64,000 nucleotides of DNA from positions 10,536,789 to 10,600,788 of the forward strand of contig NW_003526943.1 in NCBI RefSeq assembly GCF_000181795.1, read 5' to 3'. The position numbers and the translations under genes are program-made. The DNA is from Trichinella spiralis. Lineage: Eukaryota. The notes under the pieces were generated by a model that was not told where the DNA came from, did not search any database, and saw only the letters and a program-made list of their open reading frames with translations. This document shows, in pieces, positions 29,064 through 42,344 of the stretch (the first letter of the stretch is position 1; each line of letters opens with the position of its first letter).

Positions 29064-32000
29064 CCTTATACGCACAATATGTTTATGCATAAAGAAGTAT
29101 ATTTTACGGTAAATTTAAATGAAGCATAATAATGAGATATAACCGTAATTTAGTTTTCGAACATGCTCGAGGTAATTTTTCAAGAATTAAAAATGATAAA
29201 GCTATGGGTATTTTTTAATCTTTTGCAATATTAGTAATTGTTAAACAGAGCTACTACTCAATTTGTTTAACCCCAATCGTGTAAATAGATTTCTAGATAA
29301 TGATCATTTTATTCCAGTTAACAATTATTAATGATTTCAAAATCAACGCAGAATTTTACAGCAAGACAATTCTGAATAATGTTAACCAAATAATAAAAAA
29401 TTTCTATTTAAATTATAGATATAGGACTGTAATTATTTTTTAAAAAATGAAATAAACATTTCCTAAAATGTATGAATCTTACATGGTTTATTTTGTTTTT
29501 TATCATGACAAATAACTCTGTCTATTAATATGTCTGCATTATAAAATTTTATGTGATCTGCTATTTTAGGAATGGTTGGCGACCTATTGGCGGGGTAAAT
29601 GCATTTGTCATATCAAAGGCATGCCGCAACGAAATTTGATTGGTTTTAAATTTTATTGGTTTTCAAGTCGACTAAATTTCATTAGTTGTCGTTTCGATGA
29701 ATTTTATTTGTTGCTGCAAACCCAAATTTTACAGGTTGTCATTGCAATGCGTTCTATTTGTCAAATTTTGGTTCCTTTTTAATGGTCAGTTTTCTGATAT
29801 TTAATGTCTTCATATTTATATTAAAAATATTACTATATAAAGGTATTTACAATAAAGGTATTTATTTGATTAAATTAATTATAATTAATTATTTTAATGA
29901 AGCTGAGCAAAATGGTGAATCTACCGGGCACCTTTCCACGTGATATTTCTTACTAATAGCATCCGTAACTTCTAAATTTGTAAACATTGCACCCTGTAGC
30001 CTGTTTTATATTATCCCAATTTAAACTAATCCTTATAAACAATGGACAAATGTTGCATACTGAAAATATACTTTACAACATCTCCAATATTTCTTTTGTT
30101 TGCCGGTATGTTTCACTTTATATTCCTTTCCTTCAAAAGCAAGGGACATTATACCGCAATGAATTTTTGCTACTGAAAATTATGCATAAATTCATCAAAT
30201 TAGCAAATAAATTAATAGAAAACAAACTTTTGAACAGGGTCTTTAAAATGCTAAATAGTACACACGCAATAAACCGATTCAGTTTAGCTTAAAGTAAAGC
30301 CAATTTGTTAGATCTGATCAGCAGTTGCATGAATATAATTAATTATACCCAAAAATGTAACCGCAAGAAAATTTGTTTATAAGCTTATAATTTTTAAATG
30401 CTAGTCAGCCTTTAATTTTACTTAATGCTACTTCTAATATATAGCGAACATAAATAGTAAAGCTTTGAATATCAGAAAACTGACTATTAAAAAGAACCCA
30501 AAATTCGACAAATAGAATTGTTACGACGATAATCAATGAAATTTAGCTTTGAGACAACAAAATAAGCTGGATTGTAATTGCATAGCATTTAAAGCTTTCA
30601 GAAAATGTTAGTGAGATGTTTTTAGAAAGATTACAAAAATTATGTAGCAGAATTTGCACCGGCAACTGTTTGCTTCTTGCTACAGCTAATTTTGCGTCTA
30701 AGTGTAGCTTAGTTTAAATTTATATACACGTGATAATAATACAATGAACATTTACTGAAAGCTGAACCAGAAAATATAAGCGTAACATGAGATTGTCAGT
30801 CACTGATCAGCAAAGCAAAGTTGACTTGACTTCATTTATAGTAATTAGCATTAAGAACTTTGAAATTAATTTAAATTAATTAAACTTGATGGCATTAAGT
30901 TTACCTATTTGTGATGCTTGAAAAATAATTTACAAATTGCAGACGAAATGCTGCATTGGGATAAGATTGAATTTTTTGTTTCCTTTCATTCTTCCCATCT
31001 TTTTATTCTATCTCTCGTCTTGTAACTTAATAATTTATTTCTTGTACAAATAGCTTCAAGGCTTTAAGTTTTGATCTGTAAATGGAAGTCTGCGCTTTTC
31101 GATTCTCAATCTAAATTTTAATTAAAAATAAACTAACAATGACATTTTTGTAAAAATATTTTCCATAAATTTTCATTGTTAGGAATATATAAACATAATT
31201 AAATATATAAAAAATAGCACTTTAAAGATAACTTATTAAGATATGAAAAATTAATAAAAAAATCATTTATATTTGTTTAAAAAATGAAGTGGAGCTTGAT
31301 TTTTTTTCCTTATTTTTTTTAACAAAAAGGCTATCCATCATATTGATTAACATTTTTATTTATTAAAATAATGGTAATCAGACAGATGCATCATTTGGTT
31401 GGTTTTTTGTGATGATAGAAAATAAATTTTAATAAAACATGATGATTTTTTCCTTGAAGTATATTAACTAAATCACTGATGATTGAAATTCCATTCGACA
31501 TCATAAATTTGAAAACCAATATTCTCAATGGGTGCATCATTAATTCTTCATGCAATGATTTGCATGGATTAGATAAAATTTATCTTAGAAATAATGGAGT
31601 AAACTGATTCGTTGCTACATTGCAATTATTGTTCACTTTCAGCAAGCAATACACATTCAAAGTCATTTATCTTATTTAAGTAATATGATCCTTGTGCAGT
31701 TAGCATATTGCCAGTAAACGATTCTAAACTGAATATTCAGTTTATGCATTGCATTTAGAAAGAAAGTTTCTTAGCTTCTTTGCTAAATTCTACAATGTTG
31801 GCTGGCATTGCAGATATGCTTAACGGTAATATATAACAATATATAAAACTCAAATTGTAATGAAACTGAGAAAATATTGCATGCTAATGCTGTGCTTAAA
31901 AATGCTGTCTGAAAAATGTAATTTCTGCCATTTATGCAGTTTTCTTATTTTATTTTATTTTATTTTATTTGTAATATAAGAAATATGCACTTGCATTTTG

Positions 32001-32322
32001 CAACGCTTCAAATTTTGTTAATTTAATAATATAAAAAGCAATAGTTCATTTTATTGTACAAGTTCAAAATTTAACACTTTTGAAAGTAATTTTGCAATAA
32101 ATTCAGCTTAAAGTACTCGAAAACTTAATGATTAAAAAATTAATATTATGAAAATTTGAAATAACTGAAATTTAAAATATTTATTTGATAGTAATTACCT
32201 TGGTAATTTATTGGCATCAAAATTCATTTTTAAATTAAACTTAAAATATGTGAAATAAACTACTGCGAGATGTGTTGCACATTTTAGAAAATGAGAGCAT
32301 TAAGAATTTGACAATTCAGCAA

Positions 32323-34455
32323 ATGACCGAAGACAACAATACAGAAGAGTTTCCTGCCATTAATGGTGTTATAAGTGAAATACAATTATCCGCCTTCACA
32401 TTTGCTAGCTTTACATCAATCATTGCCCATTCAGCTTTTATTTTAGTGAGAATTTTTGAAAAGCACCGCACTAAAAATTATCAAAAGCACATAACAGGTA
32501 TTGTTCATTTTATCATAATTTTATATTAACTAATTATTTACTTGTTGATTAAATTAATGCGATGTGCTATGAAAGCAATTAAAATTATACTTCATAATGT
32601 TAGCAAGTATGTAGAAATAAACTTCACCTAAAGCATCACTGAAATTTTTTTTTATTTTAATTAAATAGAACTGGAAAAGATTAAACTAAAGAATGACTAT
32701 TTACAGTTTGCTTTATATTTAAACTGAATCTAATCTGTCTTCATCTCTTGATTAGCAAAATAAAATTTTAAATAAAACTCTAAAGAATAAATAACGATGA
32801 CTTTGATGGTGATTTGGATCATACAATACGCTATTTTATGAGGAAAATTTTAAAGATTAATATCTGAAATAAACTTTAAGATTTATAAAAGTAGAAGTGA
32901 ATATTAATTATATTGCTAATTTACGGAATACTTCGTTGTGATGTCATATAAGACGTCATAACAAAGAAATCTACCAATAATTACATCTCTACAGCGTCAG
33001 TTAAACAGAAATTCAACCTTTAATACTGCATATTAATTGCAACGATTTGATGATGATGATTTTTGGTAAAAAACTGTTATTCAAATGCTCAGTTTAATCT
33101 TTATTTATTGCTGCTTCATTTATCATTGTCATTATTCACATTTTTATCAAATTCTCTTATTATTTTTATATTTTATGCATTGAATTTAATAAAAGGTGCA
33201 TTTTAATACAATATGTAAATTGCAATTCATTGTGCAAAGTCAAAATATAAATTTATGAATCTGTTTATATTTCAAAATAATTTCATCCATTTACTTGAAA
33301 ATAAAATTGTAATTTATTTATGATATATGATGAAATAAAACAATAATTTAAATTATGTCCTTTTTTATTTAAATTAACAAGGATTGCATTTTCTTGAAAA
33401 TACTTGTTATCTGTAAGGAAGTTGTATGTTTAAATTACATGCAAGTTTTTCAAGTTTTTCATTATCACTTTTATTAGAGTTATAATCATATCATAAATAA
33501 TATGAATTATCATATTAAAGTTACAGTTGCAATTTCAGTTTAAAATAAGATTTCATTTGTGCAATTTATGATGATTTTACGTGTAACTGTTGAAATTTTA
33601 ATTTCAACACAATGAATGCAGCTTATATTTGATAATATTATAAATGACATGATGATTTTAGGATATTCATTTGGAATTCTTCTTCTTAGTCTTAGTATGA
33701 TACTTCACAATTTAAAAATCACAGAATCCAAAAGCAATGAATTTCCATCAACAATGGAATGTCTACGCAAGAATTTATGGGTCACGTTTTACATAAGCGG
33801 TCAGTTGCTCATCACACTGTTCATGCTATTTCTGTGCGTTGATCAGCTCAGAGTGGTAATTTATCTGAAAAGACCAAATATGCCGACCAATCGGTTATCG
33901 AACATATACGCCTTTATCATCGTATGCGTTACAGCAATCGTTGCATCCTGGCCATGGATTTCTTCGTTTTGGATATCTGGAGATAGCAGCATTTCAAAAA
34001 ATTGCATCCTATTCAAAACTATAACTGAAAAATTTTACGTAACGCTTCAGATAACTTTCGTGATCTTTGACATGACCACTGTTGCCTTATACAGTACAAT
34101 TGTCCTTATTTTGTTGAAAGAGCACAAAAGCTCGGTTCTAGTTTCACTTGCAAAATTAAGAAGAGCTTCGACAATAGCAAAGCGTATTATGATACCTCTA
34201 ATATTTACCATTTTTCTCCAAACAATTCCGAACCTTGTCGCCATTTTCCATTACTACTTGCGCAATTGCAGACAACTGCGCAACATTTTTTGGGAAGTGA
34301 AAGCAACATTTTTCCCCTTTTCAGCGTTGCTATTTTTCTTCACCCAAACAAATCTGGGAAAATGTTGGTTTGAAAAAGTAAAAGCATTGTTTTACAAATA
34401 TTTTCATCGTGAACAACGTCAGCAGCAAATTTCCACTGTTGCTAAATGTTCTTGA
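32323..34455 (+). CDS. 7TM chemoreceptor-like GPCR (Srsx-like), paralog B. Exons 32323-32497 and 33662-34455; probably extends upstream via the acceptor at 32286-32287
   Basis: Aligns by eye with paralog A (YQKHITG|YS vs YQIYITG|YS; MECLRKNLW vs LECLLSSPW; MLFLCVDQL; LQTIP vs LQSIP; FPF; TNLG vs TRLG) and has the same phase-1 intron. Confidence 0.75.
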
Positions 34456-37400
34456 ACTTCTTCTGCATTTACTGAACAACTTGCGTTCCATTGCTACCAC
34501 TGCAACAGTATTATGCATATCCATATGAATACTTTTTTGTCATTTTTGATGTTTGCTCACAAAATAATAATGTTGTTGCCATAATTTAACTGCATTGCAT
34601 TAAAAATTCTGTTTTAATATTCTCATTGACAGACATTCTGTTAGGGTGAACGCATCGTGTGGCAAAAAAGCTGTAACAAAGAAACATCCTTAAAACATAG
34701 CCCGAATTACAAAAAATAGTATTAAATTATGCAGTTGCATTCAGTTTTAAATTGAAACCTTTTCATAGTTGCAACTTTTAATTTTCTAACAGTAAAATTT
34801 TCAATAAAATTTAAATATAAATAAATAGATATGCATATATATTTTTTTAATACTGCAACACAATTCTTATTTATTTGTTTTCGTTCAGTCAAATCCAATT
34901 TTGACAACATGCAAAACAAAAATTGCATTATGCTATTATTGAAGTGAATTCATCATTTCAATATGCCATGATAAATGGAAAAACATTTGATAAATTTCAT
35001 AAGCAAAATATATGTCACTAATTACAACTTGCTTATTATGAATGATTGCTTTTTGTGTTCCATTGTCATTATAATAGCAGTTAGCGTGCAAATGTTTCTA
35101 TAAAAACATGCTAATAAGCATGCAATGATAAGCATAATAAGCAAGATAGGTTACAAGACTTTTGTGCATTTTTTTTTCTATTTTCAGGTTGCTAAAATCC
35201 TACTTTGTATGTAACAGAAAAAAATGAAATAAACAGGCGGAATATTTTATAAAATTTAACAAAAAAATGTATTTATTATTAAGTATGTTTTCATCGAAAA
35301 TATGCTGAATGTCAATTGAAAATTATTAGTCTGCTCGTCTCTCTTTCTCTGTCTCTTCCTCTACCTCTACCTCTTTCAACCAAGCATTTTCCATGCAGTG
35401 GTCGTTGTTGAAATCAATGTAGCCACTTGAGTGAAGTTTTTGAAATGAGTCAATTTTTACTTCTAAATTTAGTTTTGCAATTCTTTGAAGCCTAATCAAA
35501 TAATCGACAATGATCTACACGCATGAGGAACTTATTGCTTATTCAAGTAATATTAAGTAAAAAATTATTTTGCTCATTAAAAGACTTTCTGATTATAGAA
35601 AAAAAATACATTTGAAATCATCACTGCATAAAAAGGAAAAGATAATTCAATTTAAAGGTGAGATCACTGTCTTTGTACTTCCAACTAATTTTTCAATACA
35701 TTGCATTCCGTGATATACTGATGTGATGGCAACATTTGCTCTTGATTTTTGATCAGTGGATGAATTTGAGGTTTGGACATGTCCATTAAATAAATTCTTT
35801 GCACATCTCATACTGGTTTTAATATTCATAAAATGCAGTGTATATATTCAAATCTGAAAATGTGAACATGCATTTGATAACGTTGAAATAAAATTTATCA
35901 TTAAAAGATTTCAGTACTATTTAATTAATTCATCGAAGTTTTAAGCACTTTTTTCACAAGCACTACTTAAGTAGCTTTTTTTTCGAATTAAGAATACTTT
36001 ATACAACTAACAAAATGATAACTAACTTTATTAATTAAAAATTTTTCGTATAATTTTAGCTTCGATTCAAATGACAAGCTTTTTCTCAATTCTTCCCACT
36101 TTGCATGTATTAATATATAACACTTGATAAAATATATAAAATTAGACAAAAATCATGCTTCCGAATATGAATTTTTCCATTAAATTTGCTTTGCATTAAA
36201 ATAAATTCATATTTGTTTATGAATTTGTACTTTGCGTGGTAAATTAAAGGATAATGGAGCGACAAGTTTAAATTGAACATCTTCATTTTTTTCATACTGA
36301 TCTTAAATAATGACCACACCACCATTAAATTTTTCTTTACTTGATTATAAAATGTGAACACTAATATTGATTGGCTTTTATGGAAAATTTTCCAAAAAAT
36401 ATTAAATAATGCGCTCTTTTGTTAATCACTAAATTAAAAAATGCAAATACAAGTGTAATCATTTGCTTCTTTGATATCATATTGGTAATAGAGAAGGGGA
36501 TGTTTTACCTTTTAGAAATGTATTTTATAATATAAATCATTGTTTTGCCACGCTTTTAGTATTTTGTAAATACAGAAATTTGCAAATTGATTAATATTTT
36601 TATTTACGGTTTATTCAGTTGGTTTCAGCTTCAAGTGTCTAAATCAACCACCATGCATAACTTTGTTGAATAATTGATTGTCATCAACTTATGTTTCATT
36701 TTTTATCCATCTGTTACACAATGAATGTAAATCTTTATCTAAGCAGAATAAATGCAATTTGAGAACATTTAATTTTTAAAATTGTCTGCATATATTTTTG
36801 TTATGCTGGTTGCTGTTGTTGTTGTTGTTGATTACTTCATACGTATACAGTATGACAAGTAAACCTTAAGGTTGAATATTTTCTGAGGTAATTGAAATAT
36901 ACTTATGAAAGCCTTTATGAAAGCTTCATGAAAACAGCATTTTAAAAAAAGCAAAATATTGATTTTTAAAATTACCTCTCTAACAGAACACTTTAGCAAT
37001 TAGTGAGGTTTGTTTTCAACAAAATGGCAAATGATGCTATCAATCAGCTTTATTCAAGGTAGATAAGGTCAGATTTTTTATAGCATAATAATCCTGGTAG
37101 AAAAGGAGAATTAAATTAAATTAAATTAAATTAAAAATAACTTGGCTACCAACTAATTTATTTCATCATGTTAAGTATAAAAATGCAAAAAAAATATTTT
37201 GATTTTTATGTTAAATAAACTTTTTAAAATGCGGTCGTTTGAGCTCGTTGAAGAGCATGCTCTTGAAGAAGTTGGGGGCAAGTTATTTTGTCGTCCGTGA
37301 AACCACGCTGTGTTTTTAATTAAATTAGATTGAAGAAGGTAATGATGCTGTGTTTTTAGTTATAATTTTTGCATGCCATTAATTTTTTTGAAAATAAATT

Positions 37401-40400
37401 TCAAATCTGAAGATAAGATTAAAATTGAGAAATCTGTTTCGTAAAGCAATCAGTTTTGTATTAACAGTGTAGTGTAAAGTGTAATTTTGTATTAAAAAAA
37501 GTAAAATATTCTTTCCCAAAATTGCGTTGCTTACCACAACTCAATGCAAATAATGTTGTATTTTTATGCTATTACTTTTGTAGGATTAGCAATATTTAAG
37601 TGATTGCGTGAAGTATTCCTTGTGCAAGTGGCTTCTGTGAAGCATGCAATGAAGACTAACAATGGAGCATTACGAAGGTCTATTTATTTTTTATTTCATA
37701 TTTTTAATATTTGAAAGTGAATACAAAACGTGAAATAGAAATTTGAGCAAAATTTCCAATATTTATTATGCTTAATAACTTCAACTCCAAATAAAACTCT
37801 GGCTAACTCTAATAATTACGGCAATGATTTCATATTTTAACTTGCAAATAAATCAACCTTTAACAAACAATTTTTTTATAAATTTGAATTTTGAGGAATG
37901 GATTAATTCAAATATTGGTAAATTTGTGGATTATTTGTTTGCATCTGTTCAGTGTTTACAAAATAATCGATTTACTTTAAAGTTTGCTCAGAAAATTACA
38001 AGTTAATCCGCAAAATATAGAAACATGCCTTTAATTTCCGTTTTGAAATTTTGAAAAATATAAAATTACCTTAAAGTCAGTTATGTAAAATTTTTCTAAT
38101 TACACCAATGATAATAATTTCATATTTCATTTTACACGTGAAGTTTTTCTACGTCATGGTAAAAACATAGGCAACAGAAGGTTTGTGAATTTTTGACTAA
38201 TTGAAAGTTGATTTCAAAAGTGAATAATATGCAGCAAAATCTGATATATTATTATCTTCGCTCTATATTTTTAGTTTTATTTATAAAAGCAACATAAAAG
38301 TTGGAAATGTGAATGTGAAAATTAGCAGTTGCAGAGGAAGTTCAATTCAATATTAATTTTACATTTATACAGAAGTTGTCACATAAAGTAAAATAAAGCA
38401 TTGTATTAAATATTTGAGAAAAATTGTTGCGATTATGAATACAATGTTCATTTTACATAGCTTAATTGAGAGACAAAGAACAATACATGCTATTGACATA
38501 TTTTTCCATCTAATTTTTGAATAAAATAAGTCTGGTATGATGACATTTGAATTTTGCGACTCTTTATAACTATTAATATTATTAAGATCATCGTGTTTTG
38601 ACGTCAGCCAAATCATAAAAGTAGACGCTTTTAACTTGTTAAAAAATCGATGCATATGTATGTTTCTGACAAATGTCATCTGTGCTTATTGTATTGCTAC
38701 GTCTAAGTTGAACAGATTTTGAGCACAGTGAAAAGTTTTTCAAATTAACGCTATACGTATAATTAAATAAAAGAAATTAATGCTGACTTAATTTTCAAGC
38801 TTTGTAACTTAAAGAATTAATCAACGCAGTTGTTCCAATGAAATAAACTTGGGACAAAACAAATGTAATGCAATATGTATAATAATGACAGTAATAATTT
38901 AAAATAATTTTTAAATTTTTTAAAAATTTAATCAAAAATGAAATAGTTCCATTGACATATTATTCATAGTTTTGTAATTAAAATTCATAGAACTCTCGGT
39001 CAAATTTGTAGTATATTATCTTTTGCTGTTGATTTCATTTTTATGCATTTAAATAAAAATTTTTTAATTTTGAAAAATTAACTAAATAACTGACATCACT
39101 TAAAACTTTAATATACAGTGCATAGTGTAATGTATTTGAAGTACTGTTATTTCTAATACATACTGTTTTTCAAAGCTCGTTAAGAGCGTCTAAAAATTAA
39201 GAATAGTTTATTAGTTGCTTCACAGCTAAAGTGTTTAGTAATTATTAAAGACCATTAGTTTTTATACACACTGATCTTATTTTTTTCAAAACTGATGGTA
39301 AATGATAGACATAAAAAAGTACTGTCAGTTATTTTATAAAATCTTCTGCAGAGTGAATAATACTTTTCAGAAGTAAATGTCATAATAGTATCAAAATCTG
39401 TCACTCGCTAAATTGTTACCTAATTATTTTTGACGTTGCATATTAATATACATTGTAGGGCAAATTTTTGGATGTAAGTTAATGATTTATGACGATGTAA
39501 GCAACCAAAGTAACCTGGAGCTTCACCACATGTTCCAATGAGGACGCAATTTATTAATAGATAATATGTTAAATTTTAGATTTTTATGTATTTTAACTGA
39601 GCTTATCAAAGAAGCTTAGCTTAGAACACTATTAATTTAGCTTAGCAGTTTGTCATTTCATGCCATATGAATAATGCACTGAATACTGCAGTGGTGGGTT
39701 TTCACCTCTATTTCAATGCATCTTCTGCTAACTGAATCAGTTTTAATAAGCATAAATTTCCCATATATCTTAGTACAATATAACAAATTTGTTAATTTTA
39801 CAATGGTATTTTTCTTTTGATATTTAACGATTTAAAATACATGTTTAAAGAAGAGAAATTTAATGAATAATTCGAAATCATTTTCAAGAAATGCATAATG
39901 CAAAATAGAAGAAAATTACCGTTTGAATAAAATTGTTTATAATTTATTTTAATTATTACATTTTTTAAATTGAATTTTTATAAAATGAATTTTTTCAATT
40001 AATTCATTTTACTTTTTTCAAAATTAAATTCAAATTCTGTTTAAGTTCATTAAAGTGAATTTTAAAAATTGATTACAGAATTTGCTTATAATCTAATATT
40101 AATTTTTTCCGTCAAGTTGGATGAGAAAAAGCATTTTTAAAAAAATTAATTTTTCATTAGCGAATAAAATTCAGCTTATTTAATAAAGCTTTTTAACGTA
40201 ATAATAACTGCTCACATTTTCAACTGTTGTATTTAAAAATATGCTGGCAGTTTTAAAATATTTTTGCATAAATTTTATTCTAAATATAAAATGTTAAAAC
40301 AGAATCAACTTTGAAATTATCCAATTCTTTCCGCTGTTATTAAAATATGATGTTTGATTCATTATGTTTAGAAATTTTAATAAAATTATTTCGCAGTTTT

Positions 40401-42344
40401 ATTATAAGTTGGAATTAAAATTTATGTTTTTATATAAAAGTAAAAGCGCATGCTGTTTGAAAAATATTGAATAGAAATTATTGATAAGGTATTTTTGAAA
40501 AATAACTTTAAAATTAATTATGTGCTTTGGTTTTAAAGTCCACTGTGTTCAGTAGAACTGTTCATTTGACTTTGTGCACAAGATGATGATGATGAAATCA
40601 AAGAAAACATTTCGATAATTTGCATGATATAAATAAACTTGTTGAAACAATTATTTATTTATTTCGTTTTTTTTGAATTCTATTCAACTCAATGCAAGAA
40701 TAATAAATAAACCGTTGGACAATACTTCAATGATGGATGCTTTTTTCAAATGATGCACGTTCGACATCATGAAGAGAGAGAATTACAATTATTTTTTTGC
40801 ATTGGTTTTGTTGTTTCTAAAAGTGGAATAAATAATATATTTCCCTGAGTGACCTGTTGGTGCGGTATTTATTTTTCAGCATCCATCTCCAGCATCTGCA
40901 TATGCTTTGACGGAAACCAGCCTGTTGTTGTTGCTTGCAGAGTACAAAATGCCTGGAAAATATAACAATGAAAAAGCGGAATCGAAACTACCAGCTTGGA
41001 GATTCTTTGATAGAAGAGTAACGGAAACGGGCAAATCGATATGCAAAAGCAACATCTTGTTTGTTGGTCGCGCTGACCCGCGGTTGCGTAATTGATTCTG
41101 CTTCCGGGGAAACGAAATTTCATCTGTGCTTTTCATCTCCTTCAACAATGATTTGTGCGAGCACGTGCTGCCCCACCCCTCTGTTGAAGCTCACTCCTCA
41201 AAATTTAGCATCAACCATTTCACCAACTAAATTAGGTAATTGGACCTCTTTTGAATTCAAGTCATGTATCCTTGTACAATTCATTCAATTTAGCAAATTC
41301 TTCACCATTGCAGTCAAAAAATCTTAATCAGCTTTTTCCCACATTAGAACGCTACATTCTAAATGTTAATTTTTACAAAATTTATCCGGGTCGTGTTTTC
41401 TTATGTTAAACTGACTAATCAGGATGCCAAATCACAATTGCCGTAGGGAGAGAGAATTTTATTAAAATATAATTTAAAAGGCAATAAAAAAATTTTATAT
41501 AAACGATTGTTCATTTCGATGAATACATGTCACTTTCCGGCAGAAATGCAAATACAAGTTACGAAACAAGTCGACAAAACAAGCTGACAAAACAAATTTT
41601 CATTCAAGATTAGCATTATATATATATATTTTTATATAGACATACATATATAAACCGGTTGCAATTATTAAGCCATATTTTATAAAGTTCAACTTAATGT
41701 TTTTCAACTTTACAGAGTCTAAATTTTCTTCACCACGCACATCAGTGTCGTCGTCAATTCATGTGCATCTTCAGCATGTCATTTACATCTGGCTTGCATT
41801 CGCAGCTTCTTCAGTTGTGTTGCAGCAACAGAAAGAAAACTCACAGTTGTTTACCTAAAAGCTTACTTTAGAAATTCCAATTTCAACCAGAGTAGGGTAT
41901 TTATTGAAATTATGGAAATTTTGCATTGTTCAACAATCAAATGCAACTTTTGAAACTTCTTGCAGTAATGTCCGGTAATAAGTAAATAGTGCGTGACCAA
42001 TGATATGTTTCGTCGGGATTGAATTGTTAGATTCATGCTGATTACAAGTTAAAAATTGATTTCACCAATAACCTTCTATATCAGTATAATCATAATGATA
42101 AAAGTGGCTAATTATCTGATAATCGAATTTCTTTCTTATTATTTAATGTTCGTTTAATGAAACTTGAACAGATTTTAATTTCAAGGAAGCTTTTATTGAA
42201 ATAGTACTAGTACTAGTAGAGTAGTAGTAATAGAAACTGAAACAATAAAGTTGCATATTTTGAATAATTTCAAAATGAAAAAATTATTTAGGAAGAATAT
42301 AAATAGTGTTGCAACAGTCAAAAATCAGAAAACGATACTAATAA

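Noticed and set aside
35659..35680. TGAGATCA bantam/miR-80-like seed
   Set aside because: No complementary arm nearby and no match beyond the seed.
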